From the NCBI GenBank assembly GCA_040954595.2, contig CM082588.2, positions 2,177,027-2,241,026 of the forward strand: a stretch of DNA of 64,000 nucleotides, written 5' to 3'. Positions within the stretch are counted from its first letter, which is position 1, and every line of letters starts with the position of its first letter. Below, one piece after another: positions 40,024 to 53,120 of this stretch. Source of the DNA: Balanoglossus misakiensis (Eukaryota; Animalia; Hemichordata). The notes below the pieces were generated by a model, which was not told the DNA's origin, made no database searches, and worked only from the letters and a program-made list of their open reading frames with translations. The translations under genes were made by a program, and so were the position numbers.

Positions 40024-41839
40024 ATTCAACAGAAGAATGCTGCCGTTGATGATAACATCGAGTTGAATGGATGGCCGGTTTTTTACATTTTTGATACCGC
40101 TTTACTTCTTCCTCTCCCAAAGTTCATTAAAAAAACTAAAAGATTGACGATGATTTCTTCGGATCTTCCCTGTCGCTTATTTCAAATAAGCTAATAAATA
40201 AAACTGTACAATATATTCGTAATTATTGTGTCGTTGTGTTGAATTTTGCGTATGTGAAAAAAATAAGAACACAATTGGAACTATTTTGGGATAATTGCAC
40301 ATCGACTTTTTCCACGTGTTCGAACACATGAGCAAATGAATATCATATCGATGTTTGTCAGTCTTCTGCGAATGTATGCGTGACTGTTGAAGCGATTAAT
40401 GTCTCAAGAACAGCTGAACGGATTCAAATCGAACTTGGCACAAGGTACCGTTTGAAAATGGCAAGAACTTGGATCTGGGTGGGCGTGGTTTGCATATTAC
40501 TAGTACAATGTACATGTACTGACAAGCTGAACGATGCAAAAAGGAATCATATACTGTACAATAAAATAGAACTTAATTTCTACAAAGAAAATAATACACA
40601 CTCGAATAAAATATGCAAACCATTAAACTAGCAACACATTCTCTGTAACTTGAAACTGGTCACCATGATTCATCACTTTACACCAATACAGATATTTTGT
40701 TTTCATTGTGTCAGGTTCACTTCAAACACCTTGCCTTGCAAGTCTTTTCGGTCACCTGACAAGTCTAACAAAAGACAACCTTATCAGTGTACATCCCGCA
40801 GTTTGATTATTGGCCATGGGAAGAGGTTTTCGAGAGAGGAAAACTCTTCAGGATAGAGGCCATGTTAAGTATGACGTAACTGGCTTGGTGACAAAGGCTT
40901 GGTTTGATTGTGTGAGTAAAAATTCGACGAACCAACATCTCGAGAATGACCGGAACTGCTCAGAAAGGGGGAATTGTGGGAAGAATAATTACTCGAGCAT
41001 CATGTCGCTCTGATCCATACATGTTATTTCGCTCTCTTCCCGTGTGTCCCTCGGCCAATCACACTACTGCAAAGGTTTCATGGTAAGTGCACGTGACCAC
41101 CTGTAACTGAAATTTCCCCCAATAACTTGTCCTTTGCTGTAGACGTAGTATATTCCCGCCCATAAATAAGGTGGAAAACACCCATAGAAGTGTCCAGGGC
41201 ACTACACTCGCCCGTTCTAAGTCACATTTGCCCCAACTTCAAACCTTCACACCAGACCCACAGCAAATTTCAGACGCCAACAGCTCATATTGGCGACCCG
41301 GTCTATAAGAGTGTCTTGCACGGAACTGAAAAAAAAAACAACTTCAGTATTGTGTGTGTATCAATAAAAAAGTTTTAATTGTGTCCCAAACAACCAAAAT
41401 TTGTACGCAAATATCCAAAGATGTACACACCCGTCTATTATTTTGAAAAAGACAATAAGACCAACTCTCGTAAAATAAAAACAACCTTGTGCGAAAAATT
41501 ACAATCTATACGTTGAGTTTATTCGTTGAATCAGCCCATTATTGTGACGTATGTCGTTTATCAGTGTGTTCCGTTCCATTCGCAAACCAAATAATGAAGG
41601 AAAACAATATTTAGTAAGTCTGGAATTACCGTTTCCCGTCCAGAATCTGTTCGCGTTTACGTTAAGGGCATATTTACTCCGGTTATTTTGTTGATAAGTC
41701 TTTTGGGTTCTTATCAGTGACCTTATATTGGGTCATTGGGGTCATCGCGATGGCGATATCCGGCGGCGAGGACGATAAAACCGGCTAAAATCTTTCTACC
41801 TACAACGGATCGTACCATTGTGGTCGCAACCTACGTACA

Positions 41840-44800
41840 ATGGCTCGTCTCGCACTCTTCGTCTTTCTCGGCCTCTGCGCCTTGGGTGAGTATATCCTAC
41901 ATTGTTTTTCATGTATTTACATATTAACACCTGTGTTCCGAAAAATGTAAATGGTTAGCCGTGTATATAAAGGGAAATAATTTTCCCGGTTGAAATACGC
42001 GGTTTACGAAACTTGTTTTGTAGGCCTTATTGCGCGTCGTTTTGATTGCGTCAAGTGATCGACTATTGCGGCATTTCTTCGTCATATTTTGTTGAAAGAC
42101 ACATTTTCGTATAGAACAAATTTTTCTGTCAAGTCTCAACGCATCCCACATGCTACGAGGACATGTTTGTTCAAGTCGCATCGCTAGATCACTGCACATA
42201 TTAATATCAGCGATGAAACTGCTCATCTCAGTCTGCAGCCGTTCTGAGTAAGTCTGTTGAGTATTGTGAGACCGACGTGTAATTATGTAACTTTTTTCTC
42301 CATCCATCGAATTGACCCGGGATGGATTTTCGCACCTGCTATCGGAATTCGCTCCCCCAGACATTTTCTTTCATTGTCAGAGAGAAGAGCAGGGTTTCTC
42401 GCACATGTAAATTCCGTTATGCAGCATGTTAACCGATCAAGGTGCTAAAAGCAGTGCGCGAAAAACATCTGAGTGTTATTCTGACGTCGAACACTACCCT
42501 CTCCGTCAATTTAGGGACTTTGCCAAAAGCCGCACAACGTTTAAATCTCAAACACGTGCGTTCAGATAGGGTAACCGCAGTGCAGGTGCCTAGCTCTGAA
42601 AGGTGTTCGTGTGTGAAGAAAAAAATCTCACTTGTATTCAAATTTAGCTTTTGCGGTCACCAGGATGTCAAACGACTGGCACTGTTTGGCGTACTAGTTG
42701 ATTAGCACTTGTCTTTCGCATGGCGTGATGCGACCGCGCCAGGTATTTTTAGAATCATATCATATATCTTGTCCTGCCACAGTATGTGTACGAGTACCTT
42801 GTGGTCAAGAGGTACTATCCGATAAACGCGGTCAATTGTTAGTCGCCTGATAGTTGAGGGCTGTAAAAATTAGAGTTTTGGTCGGTCAAACATGATGACT
42901 AAGATAACGTAGCCATCACGAAATACAATAGTGTGCAGCATTCAAGATACGCTCTGTTTGACTCTTTTGCCGCCCAGACAACTAAAATCCGCCTGCCCTT
43001 TGGTCATTTTCAACCCATCTACAAAGTGTATACAGCTGCTTGGTGGTGGCGCCACCAACGGCGCTCTCGAGTCAAGACGTTTCGGCAGTTCTTGACGTCT
43101 ACCAAATAAGCGTTACAATAAAGCTATCAAAACAGTCGATATCGCACCATAATATCATCAAGAACAGAGATGCGCTTGCCCTTTCCGTATCAGCGCCCTC
43201 TCGAAGTCATAATGATTGCCGTCCTATTTGGGCAACTAACGCTAAATCATACTCCAAATGCATACACAACACTCAATCAAATAAACAAGGCAACCAGTAC
43301 AAGTAATCTCTCTTTTTCTCTCTCTCCTCCCTCTCGTTTCCATGTAGGCGCCAATGCCCAACTGGGTGAGGGACCCCTGGCAGACAAACCCCCAATGGCC
43401 AAGCTCATGTTCTTGCGCAACCTTCTTGGCGGGGGTGGTGGCGATGGAAACCCACTCATGAAGATGATGCTCATGAAGAATCTCTTTGGCGAAGATGGAG
43501 GCGACTTTGACGGCATCGGTGGCGGAGAAGGACCCTTGGCTGACAAACCACCAATTGCCAAGCTCATGCTCATGCGTAACCTTCTTGGTGGAGGTGGTGC
43601 AGGTGGTGACGGACCTCTCTCAGAGAGACCCCTTCTTAGGATGATGATGATGAAGCGCATGTTTGGCGGGGAAGGAGATGGTCCCCTGGGTGGTGACGGC
43701 CCACTTGCCCGCGCAATGGGATCAGACAACACCCCTAACCCACTCCTTCGTGCCATGTTCATGCGTCGTCTTGTAAGTACATGCCGAAATCTCTCTATTT
43801 CGTACCAAGTTTCAAATGTCAGTTCGTTGGCAAGGGTTACACTCTCACTGATATTTTACAGGCACAAGGCGGCGGCGGCGGCGGTGGTGGTCCATTCGGC
43901 GGCGGCGAAGACAACCAAAGTGTCATGCGCCACCTGATGATGTTCCGCGTCATGGGACAACAGATGGGAGAGAAGATCATCGAGAGGGCCGTTGACCTGA
44001 ACAAAGAAAACAGAGTCTGGTCCTTCGCTTCGACTTTGTCATGCGACTGCGCATTGGAATACATGTAAGTTAGGCCAAGTTATCTCTGTGGCATGACAGA
44101 ACAAACAAACAAACAAACAAACAAACAAACAAACAAACAAAGAAGCATTCAAACGAATAAACTGACTGACCGACAGACTAGCAGACTTGTCAATATCAGA
44201 CGGACAGACACCCAGACAAAAATTTGCATTGATTTCGTCCAAAACATTTTGTTTATACAATTACTGTTCACAAAAAATGGGGAAGAAAATGTAAATTGTC
44301 GAGTTAGCTACTACATGTATCTTTTTGTTGGTTTCCAGTGACGATGAGGGTAAAATGGCTGGATTCACATTTGATCTTGTCGAAAAAGTTTGCGAGACAG
44401 CCGGAAAGAAGTGCGTGACCTTATTTGATGATTCCAGTAACTGCTACACTCACCATGCCGGCGAACATCCAAGAACTGGCAAGGGTATGTACGACTCGTT
44501 AATTTTTCTGGTGGTTGGTTGGTTGGTTGGTTGGTTGGTTGGTGGGGATTTAGCATTGAAGGTGGATACTTTAACGCTATTGACCAATGTTATCCCATGC
44601 CTTCTTATGGATAGAGAATTGCATATAAACATATGAGGTTTCTCTGTAAAAAAAATTGTTTACAGGTCTCCTGGCAAGGAACTATGATATTTGCATGAAC
44701 TGGATTGACACCAAGATTCGCCAGCACTCGGTCAGTTTCACCAAGCCTTACTGGATGGAAGGCAGCGAGTCTCACTTCTACGTTAAGCTTGACAACCCCC

Positions 44801-45855
44801 ACGGTTTCGATCCACATAACCTCGCTGGGTCCAGCATCGGTAAGTTTCTGTTTTGGGGGATACATGTACATTAGACTGTACTGTCGTGATGGGCATACTT
44901 CTTTTGGCCAAAGTGATTGCAAAGACGAAGTACTAGTATAGTATTTGTAAGACCCACAGCATAATCTAGATTTAACACACTCCATTACAGGCTTTGTTGA
45001 TGGCTGGGCTAGTGACCCGGCTTGCCTGAGACAGCAAGCTACTGATGTCCAACTCGAAGCAGTTGAAGGTGACAGACCACAAATTGTCTATGGAAACAAA
45101 GATTCTCTCATCGAAGACCTGAAATCAGATAAGGTACTCTATTACAAAAACACCAGACATGCACACCGTGAGTGTCTTTGAATGGCATTGTCCGCAGTCC
45201 CCTACAATCCCTGCAAGTATTCTCACGAGTATTAAACCCTGTCTCTGTATCTTTCTCTCCCCCCCCCCAGATCGAAGCTGTCTTTGTGCTCGATTCATTA
45301 GTTGGCCAGGCCAGCGAGCTCGGTTTTGAGCAAATCGGCGCTGCCGTCAACTGTGGTTCCGGTCACTCTCACGGTATGGCCCGCAAGGACAGTCACGCCG
45401 TCGCATGGTTCGACGAAGCTCTGGAGAAGATGGTCAACACTGGGACTTACTACAAACTGTGCCGTGATGCAAGAACCAAACATGGTAGGTTCACAGGGAC
45501 GCTTACAATAGACCATTTCCCAAACACCACGAGACTCTGCGAGATGTCGCGTGGCTGAACATGTTGTACGAGAGGACACTCTCACGTGACACAGGACAAA
45601 AACATTGTCCATCGGTAAAACCTCCCTCACAAACTCTATTCCGCGTGGATAGAGTCCACCCCCAGATTATCATAAGTGCTATAAAGCGAAATTCTTCGAG
45701 ATGCAAGATTTTCTTGCGTCCTGATAATGTGTGAATGTATGCAGTGATCGTTTTTTATTTGATTCGCGAACTTATTTATTAATCATTTGTTTATTTATTT
45801 ATTTACTTCAGGTCACAAGGGAGAAATCAAGTGTGTCGCACCCCAAGACGTATAA
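41840..45855 (+). CDS. Secreted SBP family-3 domain protein B (close paralogue of A, longer repeat region), ~464 aa
   Basis: Exons 41840-41885, 43348-43772, 43862-44064, 44339-44484, 44666-44839, 44991-45133, 45271-45484, 45812-45855 (1395 nt, open). Signal peptide MARLALFVFLGLCALGANA; ends GHKGEIKCVAPQDV*. Confidence 0.9.
44098..44141 (+). repeat. (AAAC)n microsatellite, intron of gene B
   Basis: Direct reading. Confidence 0.9.
44512..44542 (+). repeat. (GGTT)n microsatellite, intron of gene B
   Basis: Direct reading. Confidence 0.9.
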
Positions 45856-46666
45856 AAGAACAGACACCACCAAATCGAATTTATGGCCGTTTTTTACACT
45901 TTTTGATAATATTGAACGTCTTCCATGTTCAAACCTTTTAGAATCTGGCGTATCGATGGGAATTATCTCGCTATTAAGATGTCAAATAAAAACGTAAAAC
46001 AATAAAAACATCTTCTCATAAATATGTTGTTCGTGTGAGTGTATGTATGAGAGAGGGGGCGATGGGAATGATAGAGGAGAGGGACAGAAAGATTATTTTG
46101 CTGTATAGATTTCTATGAGAGTATCCCCCTCCGCGGATTAAACACTGAAATAGTGAACTTTACGCAGTTAAATGTCAATATCAATCTCACTGTATGCGGC
46201 ACGTCATCCGATTGATGCATTTTGGTCGAATAAACTTGGTGAATGAATTTGCATATTGCTTGATCGCAGGCGACCGCTGCAGAAAATGCAAAAACATTCT
46301 GAAGCTGTTCAATTCGTCAGATGAATTGTACATATTTATACAGGATTCGGTAGTACTTGGCATATGCCAGTGGCCTCGTTCTGTCCACTCTGAGGTCGAC
46401 TAGAAGAGCAGGCTGTAACATGTCTCACTTCCGACAGGTGGAGATAGCAGACGGTCACATGTGACAGACAAACAGGTGATCCAAAACAATGCATAATTTA
46501 CAGCGGGGATCATACTATTATCAACGAGAAAGACACGACAGGCAATCTGATAAGGGCCTCAAATCAGGCCATAGACTCAAACTTTATCAATTTGCTGATA
46601 ATTGTTTGGATCGAGGACGAGATAACCGTGGAGGCAGACAGTACACGATCCGATCATTCCTCGAAT

Positions 46667-48816
46667 ATGGATCGCTTTCTTCGGGTATTGTTGGTAGGTC
46701 TTGCCTATTTTACGCACGGTAAGTCGAGATTCGTTTCCTCTATCGCACACTCTGTCAGTTGAGACTGTGTCCTAGAATGGAACAGATTTGATTCAAAATG
46801 AGACACTTTTTGCTACAGCCCATCATCAAAAATTCTGTGCTATTCTCGAAAATTCGTCGGCATCCACATCAGCGCTCTCTTCCAAAGTTTATGAGGTGTA
46901 CGTGGCATTCGGCTGAGCTAACTTGGTCAAGTGTTGACCCCATAAGCAAATCCGCTGACAGCCGGTTCACAACATCGATAAAAAAACAGACCATGGGATT
47001 TACGTATTGTGTTTGGCTTTATCACCCAATTGAACATTATTTGTGTCACGTCAGATAGCGAGACTGTCCAGACATCCAAAGTGCAGTCCGACTGATTTAT
47101 CCGAGTTGTCCTTATAACCCGGCCAGGACAATGAAACGGAAACAATCACACGAGCTTTGCTGATAAAAATGCTGTGATTTCGTGCGGGTATTTTTTTACA
47201 ATACATGTTATCTGTAGAGTGCATGAGGAGGACATGGTGACCTGACTAGAACCTCGACGTGTTGATGGTCCTCCTCATGCCCTCGGACCCCCCCCCCCAC
47301 AAATTCTGTATAACAAATTCTTATAGGTGCTTGGACTTGGTCGACATCAGGCAATGACCCCTGGGATGGAGATGCGGGATTACTTGGTGGTGTCCTTGAC
47401 AACGGACCGCTTCAAGGACGCCATCTTATACAAAGAATGGCGATGAGTCAAATTGTAAGTTTCGCCAAAATATAAAGAAAACAGACGTACATCGGAAAGA
47501 GGGGGAGAGTGAGAGGGAGGGAGAGGGAGAGAGAGAGAGAGAGAGAAAAGGCAAGCGTGAGAGCGGAGAGTTTTAATGATTTATATTTGTGTCTAATTTA
47601 CAGCAAGACGGCATCGGATTTGCTGGTAGCAGAAATGATCGCCATAGCCTGCTTCAGCATCTGGTACTGTTTCGGTCAGTGGCATCCCAAATAGGCGAAC
47701 ATATCTTGAGGGAGTTTGACAAAAAGAGAGAAGACGAAAGAGTCTACACGTTCACGTCATTCGACGGATGTGACTGTGCCATAGAATACGTGTGAGTAAT
47801 ATTTGGACGTAAATGGGTTTGCAGCATGCGCAGAACGTTTCGTGCTCGGCGAAATCCAATATAAAGTTCAAGTTTTCGGGCATGCTTAGGATTCTAAACT
47901 GAAAACCGATCGATTACGAATCGCAAATCGACATCTACATGTTACTTTTCGGGTTATGCCTTTCTCAGACAAGAACATGGTTATGGGAAATCTGAGTTAG
48001 AAATGATACAACGTTTTATTTCCATTACAGTGATAAAGGAATCAAGAAAGGTTTTATCCCTGACTTCATCAATGCAGGTACGTTGGCAATTGTTGTTGCG
48101 ATATACTCTCTCCTAGGCCGTGCATATTGTTCTTACAATTCTGATAGAGTGCACCCTCATCCCGTCACATACAATGAGAGCAACCTTTCCCTGTGTTTTC
48201 TTCTTCTTCTTCTCTAGTGTGCAAAGAAGCTGGCAAACGATGCGTGTTGACCTATAACCCAACATACCTATGCTTCACCCATGAGGGCGAAATACCACAC
48301 GCCGGAGACGGTGAGTATTAGTATAACAGCGTTGGCTTTGAGGTGGGCTGACCACAATTTACTATATTATATAAGCAAAATCTAAACGCGAAATTCCCTT
48401 GGGTCCATGTGTTCACCTGTATATTAGATTGCACTGTATTTCCATACCTAAATACAAACATCTTGGAGTGACTGTTTTTCTCTCGGCTGTATCTGCTACT
48501 TCGAGCTCTACAGAATTTGTGTCGATTTTATTCGAAGAACTCTAATTCAATAACGATTTGTGTGACCTTGTGTTATTTATAAGGGTTGCTGGGAAGAGAC
48601 GTCGATGTGTGTATGTTGTGGATGAACACGACCAAGCGTCAGTTATCTGTGTCGTTCACCGAACCAATCCTAGCTTTTGACAATCCTGCGACGTTCCACG
48701 TGAAGGCTGGCAATCCTCGAAAATTTGACCCGACCAATTTAGACGGGAAGCGAATCGGTAGGCACAGGTCGTTCACCGTACTAGTTTTGGGGGAGTTCAG
48801 AGAGAGGGGGGAGAGT

Positions 48817-48856
<40 letters not shown>

Positions 48857-49649
48857 TCATTCCACCCAAGGATGAAGTGAATAAATAAACCTGTTCTCAT
48901 ATGCTTATAATCTTTTCAGGATTTATTAATGGTCTCACAAGTGATCAAAGTTGTTTGGCAGCGTCGAAAAGCAAATACTCTGGAGGTGACAGTTTAGAAC
49001 CTGAAAATGTTCTATACCTGAAAAACGTACAGCAATTGCTTGAAGCGCTCACAAATGAACAGGTACACAAATGTATTATCATTCTAACTAATTCACACAC
49101 ATAGTCACCTACCTACCTACCTGCATATCTACATAATTACTAATTGCTATTTTCAGATCGACGCCGCTTTCATTTACGAGATCGCATTAGCACATCTCTT
49201 GGATGGTAAGTTCGAGAAGATCGGTGTGAGTACCGAGTGCCACACCCTTAACACCCTCCACGGCATGAAGCGGAAAGACAACGAACTGGCGTGGTTCGAC
49301 GAGACTCTGCGAGAGATGAAGGCGAATGGTAAATACTATGCCATGTGCCACAAAGCGAAACGAGACCATGGTGAGTACATAGCGAATTGCAAGTTGTCAT
49401 TTGCCTTTCGTATGGAGAAAGATGTCGAGTGTGAGAAATCATTTTCTCATACACATTATTTTTTATCATGGTTGACGGACTATGTCTGTAAACTGCACAT
49501 ATTCACATCGTCTCCTTTGAAATGAAACCAATGAATTAAGTGTTGCGTGATCGAAATGAGATTAATTTAATCATTAATCCCTTTTACTTCTTATACTATA
49601 CGTCTCTCTTTCAGGTCACATGGGAGATCTCCAATGTTTGGACGATTAG
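46667..49649 (+). CDS. Secreted SBP family-3 domain protein C, ~357 aa
   Basis: Exons 46667-46718, 47327-47454, 47604-47791, 48031-48077, 48218-48310, 48584-48757, 48920-49062, 49157-49370, 49615-49649 (1074 nt, open). MDRFLRVLLVGLAYFTHGA; RVYTFTSFDGCDCAIEY; GFIPDFINAVCKEAGKRC; KRQLSVSFTEP; LDGKRIG; IDAAFIYE; GMKRKDNELAWFDETLREMKANGKYYAMC. Confidence 0.88.
47501..47546 (+). repeat. (GA)n-rich microsatellite, intron of gene C; a further (GA)n tract at ~48800-48850
   Basis: Direct reading. Confidence 0.85.
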
Positions 49650-50408
49650 CGGAGGGAAAATATACTACTTCTTCTTGATTCATGGCAAAGTTTTATCACT
49701 TGCATGGCTTACTAAATCGAAACACTGGTGATAGAAAATTGATGCTTATTTTGAAAATCGCAATAGCATTAAAATCTGATGGGCACAAACATTGTTTTCT
49801 TGTGGTGGTTTTTTTTTGCTGTAATAACAGACAGACAGACAGAATACGGACATGCTATAGATATTCGTTCCATCGTGGCGGGCTGCTCGACTATAAGACC
49901 TCCATAGAAACTGGATTCAGTGCATTTGAGACAACTACGCTTTTGCTATAAAGCCAAATTCTTACAACTTACTGATACCTGTTTTCCATGTTTGCTGCAA
50001 ATGTCTTTTTACAGGCGACTTTTAGATTTTCAATTGTGGTGTCTTGGTTATGTTATGATGTCTAGGTTTTCAATGGTTCAGTGACCAGGTGAACCGCATT
50101 TCTTTTGTTTTAACCTACCAAGTGACCAGGTGTTAATGAATATGTATTTTTGTCGGTATAAAAGGCACGTTGCCTTGCTGCTACTTGCATACTGGGTTAG
50201 TGCGTTGTGTCGTCTCTACGTCGATAAATTTACACCCGACCTCGTGTTTGCAACCTATGTGTGGTACCGTCAACATGTTGACTAGTCTCGCGAGAACCAC
50301 ACCGAGGAAACAAAGTTTACGGTTGACTTTTGGACACAGAAATCATCATCTAGTCGGTGTCGCCATCATCGTAAAGTGACTGCGTGTGTCGTGGCAGACC
50401 ATTTCAGT

Positions 50409-53120
50409 ATGATTCGGCTGTGTTTCCTCCTTGTAGCATGTGGTATCGCCTTAATACACGGTCAGTACCCACACAACACGTTCATTCAAAAGAAAGTAAC
50501 AACTCGATCAAAGCAACCAAGGGTGAATTGTGCGAGATAAGTAAACATTACAAGTTCCATCAAAATTAGGCCTCTGCGGCGGCGATCTCGACACAACCCG
50601 CAAATGTGTTGCAGTCAATTTGATACTTGGGGCAAATGTTCCATGTTAATTGTGAATCTCTTTCGTTGTGATTGTGTTGGCTTACTCGATAATATGAACA
50701 GTATTTCTCTGTTCCTTAAGGTGGCCATGCTATCGACATTTTTAACAACCATGGTTTGTACAGAGATGGACCTTTGCCATCCGTCGGTGCGATGATGATC
50801 AATCAACTCACAAACAACTTAGGGGATTCATCAGGCATACCAGTCCCCCTAGCTAGGGCATTGGTCTCAGAGAGGATCCAAGCCCCCGTGATGCGTGCGA
50901 TGATCGCGCGATATCTCATGCAGGTTAGCCGAATATGCAAAGCCATGTCACGTCACATGATTTAAATCTTTCTTCGCTAATGACACAGCCAAACTATATT
51001 ATGATGAAAGTCGCACAAAGAAGACATCGAAACGAGATTATATTTTGAACTTTCTGTTTTGTCTATTGATTCGTAAAACTTAGATCATATTAATAATCAT
51101 AGTCATAATAATACCAGATGCCTTTTTTCTCATCATTAGAACTTTGACCTCTTCACAGGAAAGGCAACGAAATGAGAATGAAAATCTGCTGCGACATCTG
51201 AATATGTTTCGTTTAATTGGAAGTCAGGTCGGACAGAAAGTGTTGGAAAGAGCTGTTGCAATGGAAGAAGACGCCAGAATTTATAACTTTGCGACGTATT
51301 TTAACTGTGAATGTGCTTTGGAATACACGTACGTTGATCCGTCTCGTCTTGTAAATTGATTTCCAACTGTGTATTAATTAATTAAGGCTCTTGCAGTAAA
51401 ATTTGTTGGTGAATGAAGTAACAAAACATACATTCTTCATTTCAGCGGTCAACACGGAGAAATGAAAGGATTCACGGGAGATTTACTTCGTGCAGGTATG
51501 TGGTAATGGAAGTGCCACGGGGAGGGGGTAATGATACTAAGTTCATATAATGTTGATTATCAATTTAGGAAAACCTCTAAAACAGAATTACAACGTGGAA
51601 ACAGGTCTACTGTGGTGAATTCTTGTCATTAAGACGTCTGTATGTTTGTTGTTGTTGTGGCTAGTTGTGTCGCTCCATTCATTAACTACCGTTGATCACA
51701 TCAACTCTCGTTCATTGTAGTTTGTAAGGAAGCCGGGAAGAAGTGCACATACCAATACGCAGATTACAGTCGGTGTATGTCCCACGGACGTGGAGATCTA
51801 ACAAGTCTTGGAAGTGGTATGTATGGATGCTGCTGTGGCACATGTCATTGCAAAGACCATGGCGGTGGTGGTGGTGGTGGTGGTGGTGGTGGTGGACATC
51901 TAGTCCAGCTGTGCCATAACACCGTTAAACTGTGGGTTTTGCTCGAAAGTATATTTTTTAAATTGTTTAATCTTATTTTGCAGGTTTGCTGAGCCGACAG
52001 CTTGATGCCTGCCTGTCCTGGTTCAGAAATTCACAGCGTGAACTATCTGTTGCCTTCTCAGACCCGTACTGGGTTTACGATAATTCTGCAATGTTCGTCA
52101 TCAAAAAGGGCAATCCGGACAACTTTGACCCAGAAAATATCGCCGGAAAGAAAATCGGTAAATCCAACACACCATTGCACCACAGACAGCTTCGTCATTC
52201 TATGCACCTTGTCCCCCCCCCCCAATGTTCTGTCAAACGATGAAGCACAACAATGCACGCACCCATTAAACCATACTTCTGTACGTTTTATTTTACATCA
52301 GGGTTTTTGGCTGGTATAGCCAGTGACATGAAGTGCCTGCTGACTGCTGACAGAGACATCGGCGCGGAGAGCATAGCCACAGAAGTCTACTATGATTCCA
52401 GATCTAAGATGTACAAAGGTTTTAAGGATGGCGAGGTGTGTGCGCATTTAATCACGAATAAAGTTTTCCAAAATGTCAACTATGGTACTTTTCATGTCAG
52501 TTTTCACCCCAGAGGCAACAAAAATATCTATAGGTTTCGTCCATCTACAGGTTGATGCTGTGTTCCTGTTACGTATATCTGCAGGCGCGTCAAGAGACCT
52601 CGGTGATTTTGATCTGATTGGAAAACCGATCAAGTGTGGCAGAAGTGGCGAACTTCACGCAATGACGAGGAAGGACAACACGTTACCATGGTTTAATGAC
52701 GCGTTAAGGAAGATGAAAGAGAACGGTCAATATTATGCTCTGTGTCGTCAGGCAGAGCAGGAACACGGTATGTCCATATACATGTATTTAAAGGGATGAT
52801 GTATTAAAGGGCGACGATCGTATTATGCGCTAAACCAGAAATTCTTGTTACAAAAATTGTATACAGTCAATCCCATAAGGCAGTGTGTTGTCCTAACAAG
52901 AGACAAGATGGCGGCGCCCATCGTCTGTGTCGGGAGATCGGGAAAAGACAGAAAATTGGGTGAAAAGAAGGGACAAAGCAGGAACATGGTATGTGGGCAT
53001 ATTTTTAAGGGGTTCAACATAGTGGCATCAGCGGAAGCTGGGCAGTTTACGCTGTTGTTCGTTATTTTTGCTCTGTTTCTGATTTTTGCAGGTCATATGG
53101 GAGAAGTTGGCTGCGTGTAG
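50409..53120 (+). CDS. Secreted SBP family-3 domain protein D, ~374 aa
   Basis: Exons 50409-50460, 50721-50923, 51159-51328, 51446-51495, 51721-51816, 51984-52157, 52302-52435, 52551-52767, 53092-53120 (1125 nt, open). MIRLCFLLVACGIALIHGGHA; RIYNFATYFNCECALEY; GFTGDLLRAVCKEAGKKC; QRELSVAFSDPY; IAGKKIG; VDAVF; AMTRKDNTLPWFNDALRKMKENGQYYALC. Confidence 0.87.
51861..51895 (+). repeat. (GGT)n microsatellite, intron of gene D
   Basis: Direct reading; it lies between the donor at 51817 and the acceptor at 51983. Confidence 0.9.

Noticed and set aside
50694-50795. MNSISLFLKVAMLSTFLTTMVCT as the signal peptide of gene D, implying a frameshifted pseudogene
   Set aside because: A proper exon 1 at 50409-50460 splices in phase 1 to the acceptor at 50720 and gives an intact frame.
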